NCBI RefSeq assembly: GCF_964355755.1
Contig: NC_092671.1
Coordinates: 34,358,304 to 34,422,303 of the forward strand
From: Antedon mediterranea
Lineage: Eukaryota > Animalia > Echinodermata
DNA: 64,000 nt
Reading direction: 5' to 3'
Positions within the stretch are counted from its first letter, which is position 1, and the number at the start of each line of letters is the position of its first letter. The notes beneath the pieces were generated by a model. That model saw only the letters and a list, made by a program, of their open reading frames with translations, did not search any database and was not told the origin of the DNA. The position numbers and the translations under genes were made by a program. This document shows, in pieces, positions 11,501 to 24,129 of the stretch.

Positions 11501-14500
11501 GAGACAAGTTCTTGTGAGTATGATATTTACGCTTCTACCATTAGGAATCAGCATGGGCAAACTTTATTTACATTATTTCTATTAAACATATAACTATTTT
11601 TTACATCCATATTGGTATTTTGTAGACTGATGAAAAGTTTTCACTATTAAAGCAAGCTTTTAAGGGGAAACCATATGCAGGTCACATTGTGTTCAAGTAC
11701 TATGCCATTGATAACAGTATCAGGTCACCATTGGATAAGTCTATTGTTGAGCTTAGAGATCATATCACAGAGGTGGCTAAGAATGAACCATATATGGGGG
11801 AGAAGATGCCATTAAAATGGTTGAATTTCTTGCATGAAATTGAACAATTACGTCAAATTGAACACTCAATTACCTTCAAGCAGGTAAGTATAATTTATGT
11901 AACTACATCATAAGGGATGAATATACTACCCTGTGGAGGAAAAATAATTTTGGGAGATTTGATTAAGTATTGCTTTTGACATGATCAGCAAAAAAGAGAT
12001 AAGAATGGTTTATAATCCAGTTCTCCACTTTTTGTAACAAAATCTAGGTCAATGAGCTGTTTCCAGTTCACAGGTCATTTAGCAGCATGCAGCACATTTA
12101 CCTCTGTAAGTTGGAACAGAGGCAAGGAATAAAAAGAGCAAACAAAATTGTAATCAAGCATGTTTGTTTCCATGTGTGATGATGTATTTTGTTCACTTCC
12201 TTTTCAGAGTTACTTATTTTTTTAGTCAACATTTTCTTTTTGTTGGTAGGTACCAATTCTCTAAATATTTATGTATTTGATTTTATATGTTGCTTATATT
12301 TGAATTGTGTATTTAAATTTCAGGTAACAAAACTAGCTTCCAAGTGCCATATCACTAAACGGGATCAATTGTTTGCTATGTTGCATTTTCATCACGACCT
12401 TGGAAACATCGTTTACTACGGAGAACGAGATACACCGGATAGCGCCCTCAATGATATCATCATTATAATACCGCAATGGTTGATTTTCATTTTCAAGCTA
12501 GTTATCACAGTTAAAGATCCTTCAGATCAAGTATGAGATTTCGTGTATTTAATTCTATTTTATTATAGTACTGTACTTGTGTTGTAACACAAAGGTTTGT
12601 TTCTGCGCAACATACATTTAACAAGTGCTTAACTCATAGGTTCACCTAATATATTTTGGCTGATATATCTTTTAGTAATTATCAGTCAATATTGTTAAAA
12701 CATAATTTCCAGCAGCCTAATAATACCATTTATTGTTTCAATATTTTTTTCTTGTATAAGTAATTTGTATACTATTTAAACTCTATTTTACATTATTTTT
12801 AATCTTGTTTTGTAGTGGGCAGAGTTTAGAAGCTCTTGGAAAAAACTTGATGAAGAGGGTCTCCTAGAGGTGAGACTACTTAGACGTATGTGGCAAGACT
12901 TTCTTGAAAAATTTGAAGCATTTTTAGAGCTGATGCAGAAGTTTGACCTACTTTGTGTCAAGACTCAAGCAATTAAGGTATACTTAGGGTAGCGGTGAAG
13001 AAAACTTCCTGCTTGTTTTGAATCATTTGGTTTAACAGAATTATGTAAATATATAGCACCAAATACAACCAAGAAGCATCAATAGTATGTTTAAGATATG
13101 CTATTATAACTTTCAAAAAGGCAACAGGTTCTGAAGACGATCGCCTCTTCTATGTGCCATCACTACTAAAGAAAGATGAAAGTGATGAAATGGTGTCACT
13201 TGGCAAATTGACAAAGTCAAAGTCTGCTGCAGATCTTTACGTTGACTTTGATGGTTTCCTACCTGAAGGACTCTACTATCGACTCGTAGTAAGAATTGTA
13301 CATTGGTCACAGCAGAGGAAGCTTGATGCGGGATATAATCCTAGGCTCTTTTACCAGCAGGTGAAAGTATACATTGATCAGAATCACGATGCAATCATCA
13401 GGATCCTACCTGAAAGAAGATCTTGTATCCAGGTAGGTTTGCAACAAGTGTAGATGCATGTTTTTAAATCCTAAACACGAAGTTGTAGGACAGAACATCT
13501 AAAATTATTTTCTTTAAATTTGAAACTCTAAACTTAATAGAAGTAACAATTTTAATACTATGATTTTGTTATATAATTCTTTATTTTATATTCGCTAAAA
13601 ATATTTTAATCAGAATATGACCTATTTTATAATGAATTATACTTTCCATAAAGGTAAAATACCATTTCTGTAGTCTACTTGGTTATTAGTAGTATGATTT
13701 AGAAGCTTCCGCAAAAAAAAACCTACTTTAGAAATTTAACAATAATTAAGTAATTGACTTCAGTATCTAATACAAGCTTCTTGACATTTTTTCTATATAG
13801 GTGGTAATTTACAGACTTAAAGTTGGCGGTGAACAGCTTGAACCACCGCCACGTGTCTGCAAAGAGGTATGTGTTGGATTACAGCTCTTTTTATTTGAAT
13901 GTTCTAGAGTATAAATTTGAAAGTATTTTAACAATAAAAAAGTAGACTGCAAATAAAGCCATTTTGTGTGTATTTTAGCTTAAACTTAAAACCAAACAGT
14001 AATATATTAAAGATGTATTGTCCCCCTGAAAAAAATTTTTTTTTCAATATTTTTGTTGAATAGGCCATTTTAATTGCACATAAAAGTTATTCACTTTGAC
14101 CTCAATTTGGATTGAAAAAAATAATTTTTTACACGGGAAAATCGCAATTTAATGCAAAAATTAACCAACCGGAAGCTATTTGTCTGGAAGACAAATGTGT
14201 TCCGGTTTAATTTAACCCTTGACCTGAGTTAGCTCATAAATATTCATATTGTATGGATACATCGTGTGGATGATGATGCTTTCAAAATCAACAGCCAACA
14301 ACGATAGCAATGCATGCGTGCGAGAGAGTCGAGTAGTGATGCGAGACGAATCTTGAAGAAAACACGAAAACTATAGCTAGCAGAATGCTAAGTTAGAATT
14401 ACAGTTGGTAACTTTGATGTTGAATCTTATTCATTTAGGTGAGTTTTTGTTTCGCTAACAGGAGAGGCCTAGCTAGGCCCGAATTTGCTGCTACTGTACT

Positions 14501-17500
14501 ACTAGTCTACTACTACTACTACTAGCACTGACAGTCTCGAGTAGCCTAACTGCTGCCTACTTCTGTCTCTAGAAGTAGAGTGTAGTAGGCCTAGGCAGTA
14601 CACTGCTAGCTAGGGCTACAGTAGACCAGCACCAGAAGGGATGTATTTTTCTTTTAATCATGATGAATAGGTTTAATTTTTAAAGATTTCAACTATCTAT
14701 TCGGCAGTAAAAATTAAAAAAAAAAGAAAATCTAAATATTGTTTTGGATGTTTTACTGATGCAATATTTTAAAAATATTTTCTGTATCAAATGCAAAAGG
14801 TTCAAATTAACATTCCGCAAATAAACATTTTATGCAGATATTTTGACACAAATTTCTTTTTTTTTTTTAGGTTGATTGATTGAACAATAAGAGCAAGTAG
14901 TGAGAAACATAAAATGTATCGTACAGTGGCAACATTCACAATTTATTGAAACGTTTCTTACTATTAAAATGACACTTTGTAATGGATGTGAGTGATCTTA
15001 GAAGACTATAGCTGTCGTAATTACTGCCACAATCAACACATTGATAATTAGTAGACAAATTGACACAAAAAACAATACAGGAATTCAATAAGATATACTG
15101 TATATATATATTTTATTAACTCCTTTTGCACTGTAATATTTACAGTAAAATTATGAAGTGTAAGTAAATTTGAAGAATTTATCCTGTGTACTGTTGTAGT
15201 AGTTTTTTTTTTATTATATAATATACTGTACATATAATACAAAAAAAATTATACAATATTTTACAAGCTGGACCAAGAACATATTGGCCGAATGCAGCAG
15301 GAGAGTCAGAAATATTTTGCCTGCAATATCCAATCATATTCCAATACCGAGTCTATCATTGTTGTCTTTGGGTGACCTCTGTTCCAGTCTTCATCAGCTC
15401 AACGTCTTTAAAAAAAGTAAAAGCAAAGTATGAAAATCTGGAAAAAATAGATCATGCATATTTAGTGCAAAATTGGGCTAGTGAAATTGCTTACTTTGAC
15501 ATAGTCAAATAAGTATACTACCTTTCTATGGTAATTAAAACACATTACTTATAATGTTATAACTTATAAAAAGAGAAAATAAATATTTGACTTACTACAG
15601 TACAGAGAACATTTGTATGTGTTGTAAAATGGCTAAGCTGGCTTTTCCCCTCTGTCTACTTGTACAGTGCTGCTGGAAGGTTCTCAATTTCAGGCTTGTA
15701 TTGCAACCATTTTCCCTGAAAAAATGTTTGTTTTATTTTTCATCATAAAAATTAGTTAAATAAGCTTCAACTGTAAATATATATGGTACAGCAAGCTGGC
15801 TGTATTTTCGGAATGTAGCATTGATGGCATATAGCCTAGGCCAGTCTATGAAGAGTACAATGTATAGGGCCTAGCTGGGCATCTTCTGCAGGGACCCGAT
15901 TGTCACAGTCTGCTTGCTACTAGCCTAGTACTGTAATATGCAGCAGCATGTATTAATTATTCTAGGCCTAGCCCTGAACGGAAAAAATCCCAGGCTAAGT
16001 TAATTAATTTACCTTCCTGTTATTATTGCGTTATATATATTATTATATTTAAAATAACCGTCTAGGCCTACTTACCGACAAATTAACAGGTCAGCTTTAC
16101 ATACGATCAGGCCAGGGAAACCATGGAGTAAAATTCTTTACTCCATGGGGAAACCCACAGTCGAGTCGCGTCGATCTCTGGTGGTGTTGTTGTACATACA
16201 ACGTGCATCGTCCATTGTTAGATCAGATCTCTGCTGTGTGGATGCTCATTAACATATCATGCATATGTATGAGTTAGCTCTACCGGCCTAATTTCTGAGC
16301 CGATGAGTTCGAAAAAATGGTAAACTTATTTTGATTTTTTTATAAGCGAAATCAATATTTTTTTCGGATTTTTTTTCGGTGGAAGTGAATAACTTTATGT
16401 TAACTACAAAACGGTCTATTCAAAATTTGATTTTTTTCATCTTTATTTTTCATTTTTTGGGGGACAATACATCTTTAATGCATTATCTTGTATTTCTGAT
16501 TTACAGGTACATGAACTCATTGAAACAAACCTACGAGACATTGGCGACAAATGGATGAAACGTATTGTATTTAAATTCTGTGTTCTGTGCAACGTTTGTC
16601 CTATGGAAAAAGTACACTTGCACAAACTTGAAGAATGCCTAGGGTCAACGCCTCGATGTGGACCAGATGGTGGAATGAATACTAGCAGAATCAGACGTTT
16701 GTTTGGAAAGGAGGAAGCAAATCCAGGTACAAAAAAATAAAGAAATAATTACCTAGTATCAAAGGAGAAAGTAGCTGGAAAATATATTTTATTGCAACAC
16801 CTATTCTCTTCCCTTTTTGGATATAAGTCAAAATGTATATATCCAAAATAATAATAAAAAAACAAAATTAATAGTTATGTTGTATGATTCCGTTAATAAA
16901 AAGAAATGAGAATCTGAGAAAGACTATTCTATACTGTATTCAAATGATATGATACAGTGTCTCATACGTCTTTCAAATTTGAAATCTACATTACAAATCC
17001 TTGGTTTAGTTTAGTTTATTCGGTTCAGTCAAAACATAACTTAGAAAAAGCACAAGACCACAATATTAATAGAATGAACCGAGGAATAACCCAAGAAAGT
17101 TTAAAAGAAAACTTATTTCCATTGGGGTCCTCTATCTTTCCATGATACAGGCAACACGTGTGACACTGAACTAAATCTATTTGTAATACTAGACACATAA
17201 TGCTATTTATGTGCAGATACAGTACTGATAAGTCAAAAATTACTTCATGAATAAAACAAAAAGTATTTGTATTATTTCAGCATGCGAAGACACCGCACAA
17301 GTAAACTCAAATGTTCCACCATTTCTGCGATTTCTTATTGGAGCGTACAAAGACATCCCTTCACCTATCCTACCATTTGATATCATGATGCAGATTTGTG
17401 TTCGCCTGGACCCTCTACGCTCAGATGAATTTAACGATTGGCGTGGTGTAGCCTGTAAGGTTGGCTATGATTGTTATATCGACTACATGAAGGATATGAT

Positions 17501-17642
17501 GAAAAGTCCTACTATGTGTGTAATGCATGGATGGTCTGAGAAAGGTTTGTCATTGGATGATTTTAATAAATGTATGATTGAGATGAATCGTCATGATGTT
17601 GTACGTTTAATTGAGGAACATCTTTCAGGTAAAGAAGAATGA
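8559..17642 (+). CDS. ROCO-family GTPase 1 (ROC-COR-death domain), 3' 14 exons; 5' part outside window
   Basis: Phase-consistent exons: 8559-8650, 8757-8853, 9268-9365, 9899-9944, 10210-10430, 10906-11007, 11325-11513, 11626-11883, 12324-12530, 12816-12977, 13121-13432, 13801-13866, 16507-16726, 17281-17642. Motifs IWDFAGQDLYYITHQ, PIFIVGTHRE, P-KW, LHFHHDLGNIVYY, YVPSLL, FLPEGLYYRL. C-terminal death domain LDP...NDWRGVA...SPT..V...W...MNRHDVV.LIEE. Confidence 0.9.
14011..16474. mobile_element. Non-autonomous Kolobok element in ROCO-1 intron
   Basis: Perfect 16-bp TIR AGATGTATTGTCCCCC / GGGGGACAATACATCT flanked by TTAA at 14007-14010 and 16475-16478. Confidence 0.85.
16122..16147. mobile_element. 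P-superfamily-like excision footprint (26-bp inverted repeat)
   Basis: CATGGAGTAAA...TTTACTCCATG flanked by the 7-bp direct repeat GGGAAAC. Confidence 0.7.
17000..17165 (-). mobile_element. LINE (CR1/L2-group) 3' tail remnant
   Basis: On the minus strand, a stem-loop-like GAGGACCCCAATGGAAATAAG...TTCTTGGGTTATTCCTC precedes AATAAA and a (CTAAA)n tail. Confidence 0.45.
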
Positions 17643-18997
17643 GCAAAGTAGAATCAACGACAAACAATTACAATGTATTTAGGGAGTTATGTAGAATCAA
17701 CATGTCTTGAACTTAAATCAAAGACACGGTTTTTCGAAAATTACTTAGATCTTGTTTAAAATAGATTCTTGAATCGAGATACATATTTTTAAAGAATCTT
17801 GATATTGAATGATACATATTATATACACAGCTTTAATATTTAAATGTATTGTTCAATTAATTATATCATACTGAAATAAAACATGAAACTAAGCAACTAC
17901 TATACAAATATTATAATTTTAATGATAATAATAAAACAAGGTACTGTAAGGCAATATACTGTGAACAATTCAACAAAAACTCATTTTTTTTGTAGACGAA
18001 ACGGTCTTGATTAAGTGAAGTGAACTTACTTCTTCAGTCCTTGAGATACCAACACTCATTTGCATAAAATAATTTGATTATGATAACTATTATGATTACG
18101 TCGTCAGGAGATTTCTTAGCCAACATCGTGTATATTATTTAAAATGCATTATATCTATATTATCAGGTTAAATACGCAAATAGTAAACATTGTATTTTTT
18201 CTCAAGGATATTATCACCCATTACTATACAGTATTGGTAAGTAATTTAACCAGTTTTTGTATCTGTAATCGTTCATAACCATTTTTTTATGTTCTATATG
18301 TTTGAATGTGTTCATTCCATTACATAATTACTGTTCTTAATAACTTGACTAAACTGTAACCTATTTTGTTTCACGTGTAGTTGTTGTACCTCAGAAACTT
18401 GTGTTTTTTATTTTTTTTAATTAAGCAAGAGAGTAATAGTTAATCCTATTGCTATTACTAAGTACAGGTTCAGTAACCAATACCTTTTAAATTAAGCAAT
18501 AGAGTATACATAACATTTAATCCTATTGCTATTACTAAGTACAAGTTCAGTAACCAATACCTTTATAATCAATAGCTTTAGGAAATTCTGAAACTTGTTG
18601 AAAAAGGTTTAATGTAATATTTACCTTTGAACAATGCACATTTTCTTAATCTGCACTTTTTACAGATTTTGTCATTTTTTTTGAATATTTTGCGTGAATG
18701 TTTGTAGTTAGGTTGCACCAACGATTTGTCTTTCAGTTTACATACCGTACGTGTATAATAACCATGCAATTTTCAAATCAATGTTAAGTGTTATTGTGTA
18801 TGAATGAAGGTTAAAAGTAAATACTCGGTTGGCAGCTGAGTTTGTTTTGCTATTCTTTAAAATTAATAATTAGTTAGTATCTAACAATTATTAATAATTA
18901 TTTTTAAAGATATTTCTCTACTAATCCAATAAAGTTTAATTCTATAAATCTTCAATTACTTGTGATTTGTTACATTGTTTGTATTATTATTATGTGT

Positions 18998-19752
18998 TTT
19001 TAGTCGCGTGGACGCGACTCTATAGTTCACTATGTCGGTCGGTCTGTCTGTCTGTCGGTCCGGTATCACTATGCGTTTTATCGCTTTTCTGTACTTTTTG
19101 AACTGTTTTGATGTCAACATGTTGTCATTTACGTGAAATTGTGCACCTCCTATTGTGAATGACGTTAGAGTTGCGCAACGTGATTTACGCGCGATTTAAC
19201 GATTTTCTCGTATTTAACATAGGTCAAAAACCAAATAACATTTAAATTGAAACTTTGCAAAAGTTTTATTTATATCAGGCGCTAACTTTCTGTTAAAAAA
19301 ATGTGTGTTTTACACAAAGTTACGCGTGCACGCGCATTTAAAATTTTTAAATGTGCAAAATTAATTTTTAATCAGCTTTCTACGCGTTTCTTGTCATTTT
19401 GAGCATGTCAAAAATTCCGATACGCGCGCAAATTTTTACGCGCGCTGTGCGCACGTAGCGTTAAATAATACTTTTTCGCGTGATTTATGTTTTTGCAGCC
19501 TTTTCTAATAGTTTTACCAACCTTTAAACAATTTCGACTTAAAATTACGTCATACGAGCACGTCAAATTGGAAAATTTGCGCACGTTTTTGATGAAAAAG
19601 TTCAAAAATTCGTCAAAATTGTGCCTTTTTAGTCGCGTGGACGCGACTCTATAGTTCACTATGTCGGTCGGTCTGTCTGTCTGTCGGTCTGTCTGTCGGT
19701 CCGGTATCACTATGCATTGTAGCACCCGACTTAATGGCTGTTGGCCTTGTTT
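18998..19752. mobile_element. Helentron-associated (HINE/DINE-1-like) non-autonomous element
   Basis: T-run plus palindrome AGTCGCGTGGACGCGACT, (GTCY)n microsatellite, head repeated at about 19627, and a GGCCTTGTTTT end. Same family as 44153-44600. Confidence 0.7.
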
Positions 19753-19977
19753 TTTTTAAATATATTGGAATAGGATTGAAATAACCAGTAAAGTTGGTGG
19801 ATTTTTCGTCCAGATGGTTTTATAATTTTTTATAGCCAGAGGCGTAAGTTAATTGCCACACGCGACCTCACAGTTATAATTCGCGGATCTCCTGGAAAAC
19901 TTCCCAACGTGTTCCGTTGAAGTTATCAGTACATAAAGCAGACGTTGAACATTATCAGAGCATGGAGTAAAGAATAA

Positions 19978-20358
19978 TTTCATTTATTTTCATTTATTTA
20001 TTTCACTTTACAAATATATAAATATAAAGTGGAGGAGCCTAAAAGAAAGCAACGCTTGCGGTGAATAGGCTCCTCAAAACAAAACAAATAAAATATAAAT
20101 AATATAACACAAGTAGAAACTCCAAAAAAACAACAATTAAACTAATATCTTTTCTCTAACACATAAGTTTAACATGTTTAGAACTAAAAAAACAAGTAAA
20201 AAATAGATTATATAAAGTATTTAAGAAATATCAAATATATCAATAATAAAAGAATTTACAAAGAACCTTCAACCAATAATAGTTTAAATTGACGTTTAAA
20301 TAAAGCACAGTTATGAGATTTTTTAAGAGATAAAGGAAGAGAATTCCAGAGTTTAGGA
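19978..20358 (-). mobile_element. CR1/L2-group LINE 3' end
   Basis: Minus strand reads PKLWNSLPLSL, then a 3' hairpin GAGCCTA...TAGGCTCC and an (AATAAATGA)n tail. Confidence 0.6.
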
Positions 20359-21420
20359 TTATGGATGTCGCCTGTGGTTTATAGACTTATTCTTGAGAAA
20401 CGGGCTCTGTTTAAAAAAGCTCGTAGAGTAAGCAGTACTTTGGCTTGGAATAAATACAAATGTATACGAAATAAAGTACGCAACGCGTCTAAGAAAGCAT
20501 ACAGTGACTCCATTTACCAATCTGTTTAGAAAGAAAGATAACCGGAAGTCATTTTGGTCTTTTATAAAAAGCAAGCGAAATTCATCTCAACTCATTGACT
20601 CCTTGTGGTTAATGGCATTACCATAAGACACCCTACTCAAATCGCCAACGAGTTCAACAAGTTGTTTGTGAGTTTTTTTACTGACTCCCCTAATTATAAC
20701 CTTGACCTTTTAGTATCGTGTGCACGCGCAAAAAAACATCGAACATCGACTTATAACTATACGTACATAATAGTAAGCCAACAACCACACAGTAGAAGCA
20801 ACAATGATATAACATGGCCTTGGCCTTGAAGTATCGTGCACGCGCGCAGCAAATAACAAATATCGTCTTGAACTATTACGTTCATTAAACAAACGAGTTA
20901 ACGTGCAAATATCGCGCGCATGAGCAGCAAATTATAATAATCCAACGCGCTAACCACGACCCTAACAGACGTATCGTGAACAAACAATTATTGAAACAAC
21001 TCAATACAATCATGATATAATGTAGTACCTCGATCAAAATTGTTTGAGTCTAGCATTAAATTTGATCTGATTTATTTTTTTACATTTGTGGCCGAAAAAT
21101 TCTCATTTTTTTTTTACATTTGTGGGCGTTATCACATTTGTGGGCGATGATCGTTTTCACATTTGTGGGCGCTGTTTATTACATTTGTGGTTGATGCGTT
21201 TTCACATTTGTGGGTGATGCGTTTTCACATTTGTGGTTGTTTTCACATTTGTGGGTGATGCGTTTTCACATTTGTGGTTGTTTTCACATTTGTGGGCGTT
21301 TTTACATTTGTGGGTTCAACAGCCTCACTTCACCAACTTTGGACATTCCATCTCTTGCCGGTTTTCGTGTTTCACGTTGTCAGGTGGAATCTTTTATCAA
21401 AAACTTCGCAGCTAATAAAG
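20359..21420 (+). mobile_element. CR1-type LINE ORF2 fragment (pre-RT region), interrupted; continues at 44073-44156
   Basis: Reads LFKKARR...WNKYKCIRNKV...KSFWSFIKSKR...IANEFNKLFVSFFT and FRVSRCQVESFIKNFAANK, then resumes after the giant transposon as ASDPDGVSVRMLKLACPVIIPAITHIF. Confidence 0.8.
21080..21320. repeat. Subterminal ACATTTGTGG repeat array of an inserted DNA element (insert about 20700-21320)
   Basis: About 10 copies of (C/T)ACATTTGTGG at 18-33 bp spacing, ending GGGTTCAACA (rc TGTTGAACCC). The insert interrupts the CR1 ORF. Confidence 0.6.
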
Positions 21421-22836
21421 CACCCGATTCTGTAACTGTTACCATGTATATATATGGTTCACCGTTGCGCAGTTGTCAAGCATGTACATGGATACTGTCT
21501 GTCATTGGTCACCAGTGACGAAAGTTATCAAGTACATGCATGATGATATTGCTCTTGTTGCATGTTGTTATAATACAATCGCATTAGAGCGCTGCTGACG
21601 TCAGACAGCTACCAGTTAGCAGACGGATTTTGTGTACGGAGTTTATGTAATGTTAAATTTTTTTTTAAATATTTACACAACAAATTCAAAATTCCACGTT
21701 TACATTTTTAATTTATATATCTAGTATATTTTTTTGTTAAAGGATCACATTTTTATAGGTAAAAAAAGTGACGTAAAATAGTTCGTGGCAGGTGGGGGCT
21801 TAGCCTGCTGCGTCACACACTCTCTTGGCCCAACTAGGCCTGAATTTGAAGGGTGCTGGTCAATTCGTACCAGAACCAACTACTACCCATTTAATTGCCA
21901 ACCCGGCGAATTCGGGCGTCGTACCCAAATGTTAGGTCTTACTTTGGCTAGCATAGGCTATCCCCCACCCGCTAATTACAAGCCGCCTAGGCCTGGAAGT
22001 ACAGTATCTAGGCTAGTAGTAGGGGATAGTAGGCTAGGCCAGGGCTAATACTCTAGCTAGGGGAGGTCCCTCTGGACATACCCGGCCGCGACAGTAGGCA
22101 TAGTGGTGTGGGTACTTTCGTTGCCATTTTCCGGGCGGGGGTGGGGTGTACTATAGTATAGGCATGTTAGGCCAGCTAGCATACCCACTCCATTTCGTAA
22201 TTAATAGTCATACATACCTGCAAAAGACCCACGGCGCGTAAGCAACAATTTCCTAGGTGCGGATGCAATTTCTTCGGTGCCTATTGCAGTTTGAGACCAC
22301 TTGATTCTCATACCATCATACATTGTTTTTTAAATGTTTTAGAATGGCATCGAAGACCTTGCATGATTATTTATTAGACCAAGATGTACAGTATGTATGG
22401 TGCGTCATAACGTTATCTTTTCTATAAATGTTCCAATAAAATAATATTTAGCATGGCACTTAATTACGCTGTTATTTGGTCTTTGCTTCTCCTCCACCCA
22501 CAATCATAAATTATGTTAGCATTAACTTATTGGTTGCTAAAATAGTAGATAGTAGTACAGTAGTACCAAACTACATGTAACAATTGAGGGAATAAACAGA
22601 AAGAAAGAAGAAAATACCAAACTGCCTGTTCTTGTCATCTTGTATTTTATGTACTCAAATGGCAGAAATAAAAAGTAAGTCATTAAAGTTGCCATTAAAA
22701 AAAAATAAATGTACAGTACCAGTTTAAAAAGATAACTTATGCATATACTTAATAATCAGGGGCGGACGCAGGGATGTTGCCCCAGTTGCCCGGGCAACAC
22801 CCATAATTTCATACTAAATGTTTTTTTCTGCCACTA

Positions 22837-23153
22837 GTGAGTGAGTGGCCGAGCGGTTAAGACAGTGGAACCGTAATCACGTAGCCATAACATCGGCAGG
22901 GGTTCGAGGCTCACTCACTCCATGGTTCTGGTGGTAGAACGAGTCTTCTCGGATAAGGACTATAAACCGTAGGTCCAGTGTACACAACTTGCTCGTGTGC
23001 ACTTTAAAGAACCTAGTACATCTTTGGAGACGAGTAGGGGGTTACCCCGGTGTAGTAGTACATCACAGCCACTGATCACCAACTGGGCCCTCTGGGAGAT
23101 CAGTCTTTGACTGAAGAGGTCACCCAGTATAAAGATAAAACAAACAAATAAAC
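22837..23153 (+). mobile_element. tRNA-derived SINE with Deu/Nin-like core
   Basis: A box TGGCCGAGCGG and B box GGTTCGAGGCT. Core TCGGATAAGGACTATAAACCGTAGGTCC...TTAAAGAACC...GAGTAGGGGGTTACCCCGG resembles the Deu domain. (AAAC)n tail. Confidence 0.8.
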
Positions 23154-24129
23154 TAAAATTTAGATCCCACTTCATCATAGGCATATATTAACCATATTAA
23201 CGTCGTTATAGAAGTCCATTGTTGGAAGTCTATGTAAATTGACTGACTGCAGCGTAAAATTAACCGCGCACAATTAACGACGGTCAGTGGATTTTTTTTT
23301 TCATTTCTCTACGACCGTAAAATTAGGGCGAATTTCCGTAGTAATTTACAAACCTGTGGCGTAAATGCTTGGTTTCTATTATGGCCCTGGACTCTTGGGC
23401 AACCCTCTTAAAATAGTCATGCCACCACCCCTGATAATTACCTATTGGGTCTAGGCTTGTTGTCACCTGGAATTTTGCCACTTGGCCTTTAGCAACCCAA
23501 AATATTGCTACCTGGCCTAAAAATCCAGGTGGCAACGTGCCAGAACCTGACTACTAAATGCAAACTAATGTCGAGAACTTGTGTGTTCAGTTAACTGCAA
23601 ATAGTCTCAACGCAGAAGATCATTGTCTTAATTACTCAGTATTGGTTTATATTTTGATACTTTTTTGTGTGACATTAGTATTGTTATGTTTCGTACACGC
23701 TAAAGACACTACAACAGTACACTGGTACAATAGACACGACTCAGTCAGGTGTGGATTCCAAGTGAACGAGGCATTTATTAACAACAGCCTATTATACTAT
23801 TCTACCCACAATATCAATGCGCGTAGACCAATCACCCATGTCTTAATACACGACAAGTATAATACTGGTAACTGGTTGTAAAGTTAAACATAAAAGACAC
23901 TTTCCCTGCAATTGTTGACGTTTTGTAAAAAATATGCATATACTGTATATTACTTTAAAAAAGTTGTATAGGCCTAGTTGGTAAACAGCGGTAACATACG
24001 AACATCGTACGCTTCAGATCTTCACTGCTTAAAAATGGAAGAAAATTATTGTAATAGGCCAGTATAGTATTTAATTTAACATGAAAAGCAGCTTAAAATA
24101 GATGAAAAAAAAACAAAAAAAATGTAAAT

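Noticed and set aside
8559-17642. Naming ROCO-1 as LRRK2, DAPK1 or MFHAS1
   Set aside because: No kinase follows COR and the paralogue has DED-like rather than LRR, ankyrin or kinase N-terminal domains; orthology cannot be supported.
21080-21320. CRISPR-like short repeat array
   Set aside because: Repeats are only about 11 bp, spacers are short and mutually similar, there are no cas genes and the context is eukaryotic.
22840-22915. tRNA gene
   Set aside because: The A/B boxes run into a SINE core and tail; no convincing cloverleaf or Pol III terminator.
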